Positions 18,571-25,819 of a stretch of DNA of 64,000 nucleotides are shown in pieces. The notes beneath the pieces are model-generated. The model saw nothing but the letters and a program-made list of their open reading frames with translations. It ran no database searches and had not been told where the DNA came from. Source of the DNA: Candidatus Nanoarchaeia archaeon (lineage in GTDB: Archaea > Nanobdellota > Nanobdellia > SCGC-AAA011-G17 > JAUYJU01); NCBI GenBank assembly GCA_030700155.1, contig JAUYJU010000027.1, positions 147,066 through 211,065 of the forward strand, read 5' to 3'. Both the position numbers and the translations under genes were made by a program. Position 1 is the stretch's first letter, and every line of letters starts with the position of its first letter.

Positions 18571-19245
18571 ATGGCTATACTATCAATATTTGCTAAGAAG
18601 AGCCCATCTGAAGGCTTAGAACAAAAATTAGCAGTTATAGACCGAAATATTTTCAATTCTTTTAGTGCAGTCAAAGAAGATTTTAGATCAATCAAAAGAT
18701 GGATAGAACATTTTGATGAAATCGACAAAAAACATGACATAGAAATATATGAATTAAAAGGCGAACTTAGATATCTTCGAACAACCTTAAGGGAAGTTCG
18801 CGATCAACAAGAAGAATTACGATCAAGCAGGCTTCATGAATCTCCCCCAAGGTATTATGAAGCACATCAGCAAAAAAGACAACCAATAGTAGAGGATATA
18901 GTCGAAGCAGAAGAGTTTGAGATTGTACCTCAAGTACAAACTCCAGTCAAAGTTGATATGGATCAATTTACTGATACTCAAAAAGCCATTTTTTCTAGGT
19001 TGGGAATCATACAAAAAGAAAGTTCTCAACCCTGGATCCCGCTTAAACATTTGGCTCATGAAGTTTATCCGGAAAAAGAGTACAATGATGTTCGTTCTAC
19101 ATTATCGGAATATATGGGGTTGTTATCAGACGCAGGCTTAATTAAAAGAACAAGAAAAGGAAAACAAACTTTCGTTTCTGTTTCTGAAAAAGGAAAACAA
19201 TTATTTGCTGATAACAGAAAGAAATTAAAACCTAAAGTAAAGTAA
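18571..19245 (+). CDS. Coiled-coil protein with a C-terminal winged helix, putative DNA-binding (regulator or Rep-like) protein
   Basis: N-terminal heptad-repeat region (IEIYELKGELRYLRTTLREVRDQQEEL). The C-terminus has wH-like LSEYMGLLSDAGLIKRTRKGKQTFVSVSEKG. The gene sits immediately downstream of the iteron-like region. Confidence 0.4.
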   Translation: MAILSIFAKKSPSEGLEQKLAVIDRNIFNSFSAVKEDFRSIKRWIEHFDEIDKKHDIEIYELKGELRYLRTTLREVRDQQEELRSSRLHESPPRYYEAHQQKRQPIVEDIVEAEEFEIVPQVQTPVKVDMDQFTDTQKAIFSRLGIIQKESSQPWIPLKHLAHEVYPEKEYNDVRSTLSEYMGLLSDAGLIKRTRKGKQTFVSVSEKGKQLFADNRKKLKPKVK

Positions 19246-19297
19246 TTTTATTTTAAACTTTAAAAAGATTATTTAAAGAGTTGATACAACTAATAAG

Positions 19298-19317
19298 AAG
19301 AATAAAACTTTTAAGCA
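19298..19317. repeat. 3'-end motif AGAATAAAACTTTTAAGCAA, copy 1 of 3
   Basis: The same motif recurs at 19931..19956 and 20582..20603, each at the stop of a consecutive + strand gene. Confidence 0.7.
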
Positions 19318-19434
19318 AAAACTAAAAGATTTAGTATACTACATATTAAGTATTAATACTTATTATGTAAGGATAACTATTAAAATAAGAGTAGTAAAGT
19401 TAAATTTATAACAAACCTATGCACTATATATCCT

Positions 19435-19929
19435 ATGGGAATTGAACTTAACATTCGAGAAATGAAAGAAGAAAAACCCAAAGATGATTCATTATTTCAA
19501 TGGGGCCTATTAATAGGTCTGATTGCTGGGGGAGTAGTGGGTGGTGTTTTAGGTTACAATCTTGGAAAATGGGTGCCAAAGCCAGCATCTACAAGCTCCA
19601 TAAAACAAATAAAAGGCTATCAGGGAACTGTTAAAGAGGTTTATACTGTTAGTTATAATCGTGCAGATAATTATTTACCGTTCAGAGTAAGCATTGCTCC
19701 AGAGGAAAAAACACCAAATGCAGAATATCTTATCAAATGTATAGATCGCCCAAATAGGGGTAGTTCTAAAATAAATTTATCCAAGCTAGAGGAGTTAATT
19801 AAGCCAGAAATGGGCATTGTGTTAAATCTAGATCAAGCATTACACCGTAAAGAATTATTAATAGACCCTACAAAGATCCTGAGTGTCGGAGGAATAAATA
19901 AAGATTTACTATTAATTAAAATAAAATAA
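19435..19929 (+). CDS. Membrane-anchored hypothetical protein
   Basis: A single TM helix (WGLLIGLIAGGVVGGVLGY), then a soluble domain. Confidence 0.3.
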   Translation: MGIELNIREMKEEKPKDDSLFQWGLLIGLIAGGVVGGVLGYNLGKWVPKPASTSSIKQIKGYQGTVKEVYTVSYNRADNYLPFRVSIAPEEKTPNAEYLIKCIDRPNRGSSKINLSKLEELIKPEMGIVLNLDQALHRKELLIDPTKILSVGGINKDLLLIKIK

Positions 19930-20064
19930 TCAAGAATAAAACTTTTAAGCAATTCTAATAACTTACTGCATAAGCGTAAACGTATCGTATAATAACCATT
20001 ATCAGGCATTGTCTAGTACCATATATACGAACCTTTTTATACTAATTTTGCGTATAATACTATT

Positions 20065-20586
20065 ATGACTGGGGATTATATTCTTTTACCAAAACAAACT
20101 CCAAATGGAAGACCGATGGTAAAATGCGTAAAGTGTGGCAAAATCAAAGAACATCATGCAAGGGGGCATTGTAACTGGTGTTTTAGAAAGTACTTATGGA
20201 CACCCAAAAAGATAACCTGCAAGGAGTGCGGTAGAGAAAGAAACCATAAAGCTTATGGATTATGTGGCGGATGTCATGTTAGGCTAAAACATTATGATAA
20301 CGTCCTTCGTTATAATGCAAAAAAATATCACAACATTGAGTTAGAATATTATCGAGAGATTACCAAGAAGTGCGACAATTGTAATTTTTCTAAGATTGTT
20401 AATATTCATCATTTAGATGGCAATACAAGAAATAATGATAGAAAAAATGTGGTCGGGTTATGTCCAAATTGTCATAAAATGATTCATATGTATAAATATT
20501 TTGAAGAAATTAAAGAAAGTCTAGCAGAGAAGGGCTTTGATGTTTCAATGGTTCATCCTTCAAACTATGTGAATCACAGAAAATAA
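20065..20586 (+). CDS. HNH endonuclease with N-terminal zinc-ribbon repeats
   Basis: Two C-x2-C...H/C modules (CVKCGKIKEHHARGHCNWC and CKECGRERNHKAYGLCGGCH). The C-terminal HNH motif is NIHHLDGNTRNNDRKNVVGLCPNCHKMIH. Confidence 0.65.
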   Translation: MTGDYILLPKQTPNGRPMVKCVKCGKIKEHHARGHCNWCFRKYLWTPKKITCKECGRERNHKAYGLCGGCHVRLKHYDNVLRYNAKKYHNIELEYYREITKKCDNCNFSKIVNIHHLDGNTRNNDRKNVVGLCPNCHKMIHMYKYFEEIKESLAEKGFDVSMVHPSNYVNHRK

Positions 20587-20611
20587 AACTTTTAAGCAAT
20601 TCTCAAAGATT

Positions 20612-20633
20612 AAATCTTCACTTATACGAACTA
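20612..20633. repeat. 22-bp direct repeat ATCTTCACTTATACGAACTAAA, copy 1
   Basis: Identical to 21222..21243. The 12-mer core TTATACGAACTA recurs at 30454..30465, immediately 5' of the integrase ATG. Confidence 0.7.
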
Positions 20634-20636
20634 AAT

Positions 20637-20975
20637 TCACTCAAGTTCAATAATTAACTTACGATCTTGAGGATGGATATATGCCTCTTTACCCTCTTTC
20701 AGTTTTAAGTATTCAGCAAGCTTTTTTGGAATCCTTACAGCAAGAGAATTGCCGCTCTTGGATATTTTAGTTTTTTGTCCAATACCCCAAATCCCTTTTT
20801 CTTTAGCAATCTTTTCAATTTTTTCCACATATTTAGAATCTGTAAATAATTCTCCGCACTCAGAACACTTTTCTCCAGGATAAGTTCCCAAATCTACACC
20901 AAACAATACATGTTTTTCTTTCACAGGTTTCAATTTTCCTTTTTCACAGATAGGACATATTTCCATATTTACCAC
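20637..20975 (-). CDS. Zn-ribbon plus AbrB/MazE-like (swapped-hairpin) domain protein, putative antitoxin
   Basis: N-terminal CPICEKG...CSECGE zinc ribbon. C-terminal GNSLAVRIPKKLAEYLKL matches the SpoVT/AbrB fold. It overlaps the downstream small ORF by 7 bp. Confidence 0.45.
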   Translation of the reverse strand: MVNMEICPICEKGKLKPVKEKHVLFGVDLGTYPGEKCSECGELFTDSKYVEKIEKIAKEKGIWGIGQKTKISKSGNSLAVRIPKKLAEYLKLKEGKEAYIHPQDRKLIIELE

Positions 20976-21172
20976 CTTGGTTTTACAGTTATAATGTAAT
21001 GCACATCTTTTATTTTCTTGTATACTACACTAAAATAACCGTATTCACTAACAAGCTTATCTGGCGCTTGTCTAAATTTGCTTCCACCTTTAATTGCCAA
21101 TTCAACTTCTTTCATTGAAATGCCCCTATCGATCATTTTTTCTTCAGCATGCTTACTTAGTTTTATGATCAA
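20969..21172 (-). CDS. Small DUF4258-like protein, putative toxin partner
   Basis: The 67-aa sequence MIIKLSKHAEEKMIDRGISMKEVELAIKGG resembles the conserved N-terminus of the DUF4258 RelE-fold family. Confidence 0.3.
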   Translation of the reverse strand: MIIKLSKHAEEKMIDRGISMKEVELAIKGGSKFRQAPDKLVSEYGYFSVVYKKIKDVHYIITVKPRW

Positions 21173-21221
21173 AGTAACACCGGTAATACCAGTAAGTACT
21201 AGTTATATTTAAACTTTTCCA

Positions 21222-21243
21222 TCTTCACTTATACGAACTAAAA
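21222..21243. repeat. 22-bp direct repeat ATCTTCACTTATACGAACTAAA, copy 2
   Basis: Identical to 20612..20633. The two copies bracket the 610-bp TA cassette. Confidence 0.7.
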
Positions 21244-21250
21244 ACAATAT

Positions 21251-21526
21251 TTATACTCTCTTAAATAAATTTCCAACATTATCATAAGCTTCTTTTCTAT
21301 GCTTTAACGCAATGCATACTAAAGTACCAGCTTCAATAAAGAAGAAAAGTCTATAGTCTCCCAGTCTTAATTTTCTTAATGGCTTAAATCCATGCAGTTC
21401 TTGGCTAATCTTAGTTATTCTATCACTATTGGCTATTAATTTTTCCTCTATCTTTTTTAGATAAGTTGCATGTAAATTATACTTTTTAAGATCGGTTTTT
21501 ATGTACTCTACAAACCTTACTAACAT
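21251..21526 (-). CDS. RelE/ParE-family toxin
   Basis: 91 aa with LRKLRLGDYRLFFFIE...CIALKHRKEAY, the typical RelE core. It abuts the upstream small ORF (stop and start adjacent). Confidence 0.55.
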   Translation of the reverse strand: MLVRFVEYIKTDLKKYNLHATYLKKIEEKLIANSDRITKISQELHGFKPLRKLRLGDYRLFFFIEAGTLVCIALKHRKEAYDNVGNLFKRV

Positions 21527-21757
21527 TTATTTCATCTCTGCAATTATCTGTTCAGAAGTTAAGAGTTTGGTTTTACCTTTCTTTAAGGCATTAATTCTTT
21601 CATTTAGAAGGTCTTTAGTTTCTTGGTTTAATTCTAGTTTATCCTCAATAAGTCGACTTACTACCTCGTTATAGGTCTCACTCTCAATTATTTTGAAATT
21701 ATCTAATTGCTCTACGACCTCCGATTTCAGTTTGATTTGTCTACTTGAGTTTACCAT
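21527..21757 (-). CDS. Putative antitoxin of the RelE-type pair
   Basis: 76-aa helical protein immediately upstream of and contiguous with the RelE-like gene. Confidence 0.4.
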   Translation of the reverse strand: MVNSSRQIKLKSEVVEQLDNFKIIESETYNEVVSRLIEDKLELNQETKDLLNERINALKKGKTKLLTSEQIIAEMK

Positions 21758-21837
21758 GGTAGATTACAGTGTTCCAGTCTATTTAAAGCTGTCTATACCC
21801 CAAATTATTATAAAGTCAAATCATTTCAATAAAGTTA

Positions 21838-22130
21838 TGACACAAGATAAACCAAAACAAGATTTAGCAGATATTTGTCTACAAGAAGCAGCACTTGCAA
21901 CAATCAAACTCCCAAAAAGCCAACCGATCAATGCAGAGATTCACATTTCAAGTCTCACTGAACTTTCTCCAGAAGCAAGAAAAAATTTAACAAAAACACC
22001 ATATCAAATTCAACCAGAAAAAGAAAAAAGTGAGACTTTAAAAGATCAACAAAAAGACTGCCCCCACTATATGTCAAGTGCAGCAGCATTATACAGAAAA
22101 CCAGGCGAAGAACTACCAGAAGATCTTTAA
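21838..22130 (+). CDS. Hypothetical protein. The start is trimmed from the track ORF 21693..22130
   Basis: MTQDKPKQDLADICLQEAALA... The longer track ORF would overlap the antitoxin gene antisense. Confidence 0.25.
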
Positions 22131-22438
22131 GCTGCCTTAGAGTTAGGATTTATTGATAGTATCTCTTCTTCTCCAACATCTTCCCCAGATTCTTTCAATA
22201 ACTTCCAAGTCTTTTTTAAAGAAATCTCAGCAGCTTTTGTAAGTTTTTCATTCTGCATCAGATAAGATATAACCTTTTTATTCTTAGAACTGATAAAACC
22301 ATTGTACATCTCTCTTAACTGTATAAATAAGGTAATTACCTGAAATTTAGCCACTAAATTTTTATTTGCGAATTCAAACAGTTCAGCACATTCCACTAGA
22401 ATAGTTTCAATACCTACTGGAGCAATTGGTGGAACCAT
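22127..22438 (-). CDS. Hypothetical protein
   Basis: 103-aa ORF with no recognisable motif. Confidence 0.25.
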   Translation of the reverse strand: MVPPIAPVGIETILVECAELFEFANKNLVAKFQVITLFIQLREMYNGFISSKNKKVISYLMQNEKLTKAAEISLKKTWKLLKESGEDVGEEEILSINPNSKAA

Positions 22439-22485
22439 ATTAAACTAAACACAAAAGTGAGCTTTAAACCTTTCTATTTTAGATA

Positions 22486-23028
22486 TCATGGGCACACAAA
22501 AAAGTACAAATCTCCAGTATCAATAGACAAGTGATAATTTATCTGCAATAATTGTTTTATTAACATAAATGTCAAAGTAATTGAAATTAAATTTAAAACT
22601 ATTGAAGTACAAGTTGCCCATTTATATTTCTCATTATAACCACTTATCCAAAGTATTAACAAAGAAAAATTAACAATTAAACTTAAAACAACCAACCACA
22701 TTACAACTTTAAAATCATTACGAATTCCTGCCAGTCTAATCTCTTGTCTTTCGGTTTTTGTCAAACTGCAAAATTCAGTTATGTTAGGTCTCACTTCAAC
22801 CCCATAGTCATAAGGAATTGAAGTAAATATTTTCCATAAATTTAAATTGCTTATTTTAGATGAGGATAAAGAGAAACTCACTTCCTCACAAGAAATATTT
22901 TTTTCTTCACATGCAGTTAAATGTCCCCCTTCATGATAATTAATTACAAACTTATCAAAAAGCAGGTTTATTGGAACAACTAAGATAGTCACTAAGATAA
23001 ATATTCCGAGGAGATAGTATTTATCCAT
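22486..23028 (-). CDS. Small integral membrane protein with an HExxH motif, possible membrane metalloprotease-like
   Basis: HEGGH at residues ~33-37 lies between TM helices. There are 4-5 TM segments. An 11-nt G tract sits 6 bp upstream of the ATG. Confidence 0.3.
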   Translation of the reverse strand: MDKYYLLGIFILVTILVVPINLLFDKFVINYHEGGHLTACEEKNISCEEVSFSLSSSKISNLNLWKIFTSIPYDYGVEVRPNITEFCSLTKTERQEIRLAGIRNDFKVVMWLVVLSLIVNFSLLILWISGYNEKYKWATCTSIVLNLISITLTFMLIKQLLQINYHLSIDTGDLYFFVCP

Positions 23029-23034
23029 ACTTTG

Positions 23035-23045
23035 CCCCCCCCCCC
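23035..23045. repeat. Homopolymeric C11 tract (G11 on the coding strand of the downstream gene)
   Basis: Eleven consecutive C in a ~30% GC genome, 6 bp upstream of the start codon at 23028. Confidence 0.8.
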
Positions 23046-23056
23046 GATTATAACTC

Positions 23057-24205
23057 TCATTTTTTAACTCTCCTTTTTTTAAACCATAATCTTACAAATA
23101 TCAAAAACAAGATTACAGTTAATATAAATGGTAAAATTACAAGTTCACTCCAGAAACTTTCCAAAGAGATTCTAAGCCCCTTTGGTTTTTGTATTTCAGC
23201 AGCTTTTGTCGGAATCTGTTCTTTGGGTTTTACTGCTGGAGTTTCTCCCCCAATTGCCTCTCCACCAGGAGCTACTCCTTCAGGTTGACTAGTCTTAACT
23301 ATTGTTGCTGTTGGCCAATTGCTTTTTCCACCCTGTCGAGCCTGACCCGCTATTGCACCTTCTTCAAGACTGTATTCAGTAAAGTGGGTAACGTTGAAAA
23401 TGGCTGTTCCACCAGAATAACTAATTATTGTACAAATTGTATCTGGACATTCCACATCGTCTTTCAAAATTATTGGATCTGAAAAAGTTAAATTATATAA
23501 TTCAATAGTTGCAGACTTATTTAATTGTATTAAATCTTCACTACTAATCAAAATTCTGTTGTTGCTTATTATAGTGTAAGCACTTAAATTAATTAATAAC
23601 CGCGCCTCATCACCATACCCATAAGTATTATCACTTAAATTTATAACTTCACCAAATGTAATTTTACCAAAATTAGGAGAATGTAAGATCATATTTTCTA
23701 AATTTTGTTGCTCACTTTTATTTAAAGCAGAAAAGTTAGTGGTATCAGCAATAGGATCTTCGTATTCAGTAGGTAATTCAACATCTTCACCAAGAGTTTC
23801 ACTAACAAAGAAAATAACAGTTACGCTGCTTAATTGATTAAAGCTATCATTTGCATAAACTCTAAGTGTATTTGAACCTTCACTTGCATTAAATGTAAAA
23901 TTTGCAGTTAGTGTAGTATTTGCACCACCATTTAAACTATAAAATCTACTATCCAGATTAGAATCATTAATTGTAAAATTAAATAATAGATTTAACCCAT
24001 GATTATAAGTCAAATTCCTTGGGGAACTTATATTTATTGAAGGAAAATCATCAGTAACTGTAATATTTACCGCGGCATCAGAAGTAACAGCGTAAGTATC
24101 TATCAAAGACCCGCCAATTATTTCTATAAGATTAAAATTAGAAAGTAAAGCCAAACTAACTAAAATAAATAATGCTGCAACTATTATTCTTTTGTCTCTT
24201 TCCAC
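23057..24205 (-). CDS. Cell-surface protein (N-terminal signal/TM, C-terminal TM anchor, many N-x-S/T sequons)
   Basis: N-terminal hydrophobic segment. C-terminal LVILPFILTVILFLIFVRLWFKKRRVKK. Numerous NxT/NxS sites. Confidence 0.4.
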   Translation of the reverse strand: MERDKRIIVAALFILVSLALLSNFNLIEIIGGSLIDTYAVTSDAAVNITVTDDFPSINISSPRNLTYNHGLNLLFNFTINDSNLDSRFYSLNGGANTTLTANFTFNASEGSNTLRVYANDSFNQLSSVTVIFFVSETLGEDVELPTEYEDPIADTTNFSALNKSEQQNLENMILHSPNFGKITFGEVINLSDNTYGYGDEARLLINLSAYTIISNNRILISSEDLIQLNKSATIELYNLTFSDPIILKDDVECPDTICTIISYSGGTAIFNVTHFTEYSLEEGAIAGQARQGGKSNWPTATIVKTSQPEGVAPGGEAIGGETPAVKPKEQIPTKAAEIQKPKGLRISLESFWSELVILPFILTVILFLIFVRLWFKKRRVKK

Positions 24206-24215
24206 GTTTCATTTT

Positions 24216-24800
24216 TTATTTTTTCTTCCTTACAAATAATAGGATTAGTACCAATATAGCTACTATTAAAAATACTAAGAAGGTTTTTGTTCCAAATTCA
24301 GTAAATGCTTTACTACTAACAACTTCAGCAGTTACAGGATTAGTTTCTCCAGCTGGACTTACCACAATAGGTATTCTAGTTCCTACAGCAGTTGTAAACT
24401 GAACCATATTACCTGCTTCTTCCTCTCCTAATTGACTGAATAAAACAGCAACTTCATATGTCTTACCAAAAGGAGCATTATTAGGGATAGTTATCTTAAT
24501 TTTTACATCAACATCTTTTTTACCAAAAGGAACTTTGTAGATTTCATTACCCACTAAACTAGCAATATCAGAACCGTCTCCTATCTTAGCACCCAATCTA
24601 ATGTCTTCTTCTCCAACCATATTTTGTAAGATTAAAGATATTACTTTTGTTTCCCCTGGTTTCATACTTAATACATGGCCTTCCCAATAAGGGCTAGTTA
24701 CACCAAAAGCACTAACTAATGGAAGTATAATTAACAAAATTGAGATACTCATAATTGCAAATCTAATTTTATTTTTCATCATTGTATACTTACCGTCCAT
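24216..24800 (-). CDS. Cell-surface protein with N-terminal signal and C-terminal TM anchor
   Basis: C-terminal FLVFLIVAILVLILLFVRKKK. A beta-rich ectodomain. Confidence 0.4.
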   Translation of the reverse strand: MDGKYTMMKNKIRFAIMSISILLIILPLVSAFGVTSPYWEGHVLSMKPGETKVISLILQNMVGEEDIRLGAKIGDGSDIASLVGNEIYKVPFGKKDVDVKIKITIPNNAPFGKTYEVAVLFSQLGEEEAGNMVQFTTAVGTRIPIVVSPAGETNPVTAEVVSSKAFTEFGTKTFLVFLIVAILVLILLFVRKKK

Positions 24801-25795
24801 AACCCAACATTTCCTGTGGAATATGCTTGTGGTGTTGCACCTGCAGTTACTTCTGTAATACAGAAGAATATCTGTTCTTGTCCAATTGTATTATCATTGA
24901 TACTATTGTTACCTCTTGTCAAGTTTCCATCTGGACCGGTAACAACAGCAGTATTATTTATAAGTTGTGTGCTTACTGAATCAACTTTATTACATTCAAC
25001 CGGTGGTGATCCACCAGCATTAGTGTCAACACTAAAGTTACTTACATTCAAGTACCTTGACTCCACAGTTTCACCTTGTAAGTTGACTGCAGTAATATTC
25101 AGATTACCTATTGTTATGTTCTTATTTCCAGTATTATTTATAGTTATTGGATCATTACTTGAAGTTTGATTTGTAGCTCCAACTGCAACTGATGACCATG
25201 TTAATGAACTAGGTGCCATTACCATTGCAGCAGTTTGTTGTAATGTGAAATTACTTGAAGTATTAGTTCCAACTGATCCACCGATGTCTCTGACTGTTGC
25301 ATTTACGGTAATATTTCCTGGAGCATCAAAAAACCAAATATTAATTGCGCAAGTATAATTAGCAGTACTACTGTTAAGGTCTGCAACAAATTCACAACTT
25401 GAATTAAATCTTATTGCCCCGCCCTCAGTTTGAGTTACATCAAATTGCGCTTGAGCAGAAGTATCATTTAAATCAGTAACCCCATCTGAGTCAGTAGCTA
25501 GGAAAGAAAATTCTACTGCTGTTGTGCTTGCTTCAGTAATACTCTGCGCACCTATTATTGAAACCGCATTTACACCAGGTGCAACACTACTTACAGTTAT
25601 ATTAACAGAAGTATTAGCATTTTGTGCCATACCAGTTATTAAATTACCCTGAGAATTTTCTAAAATATTAACCATACTTGACCAGAATAAAGGTAAAGAT
25701 AAAAATAAAATTGCTAATAAGACGTATAATGAATCATGATTGCCCTTAGGCATCTCACCACTTCCTTTAACCATCAAATTTACATAATTATTCAT
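24779..25795 (-). CDS. Surface protein paralog sharing the C-terminal ~250-aa domain of the giant protein
   Basis: The C-terminus ...ITINNTGNKNITIGNLNITAVNLQGE...AGATPQAYSTGNVGLWTVSIQ is near-identical to the C-terminus of the 1329-aa protein. Confidence 0.5.
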   Translation of the reverse strand: MNNYVNLMVKGSGEMPKGNHDSLYVLLAILFLSLPLFWSSMVNILENSQGNLITGMAQNANTSVNITVSSVAPGVNAVSIIGAQSITEASTTAVEFSFLATDSDGVTDLNDTSAQAQFDVTQTEGGAIRFNSSCEFVADLNSSTANYTCAINIWFFDAPGNITVNATVRDIGGSVGTNTSSNFTLQQTAAMVMAPSSLTWSSVAVGATNQTSSNDPITINNTGNKNITIGNLNITAVNLQGETVESRYLNVSNFSVDTNAGGSPPVECNKVDSVSTQLINNTAVVTGPDGNLTRGNNSINDNTIGQEQIFFCITEVTAGATPQAYSTGNVGLWTVSIQ

Positions 25796-25819
25796 ATTTA
25801 TAAACCTTTTTAAATTGTT

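Noticed and set aside
21693-22130. Full-length track ORF 21693..22130 (+)
   Set aside because: Its first ~48 codons overlap the antitoxin gene 21527..21757 on the opposite strand. The internal ATG at 21838 gives a non-overlapping ORF. I kept only the shorter version, at low confidence.
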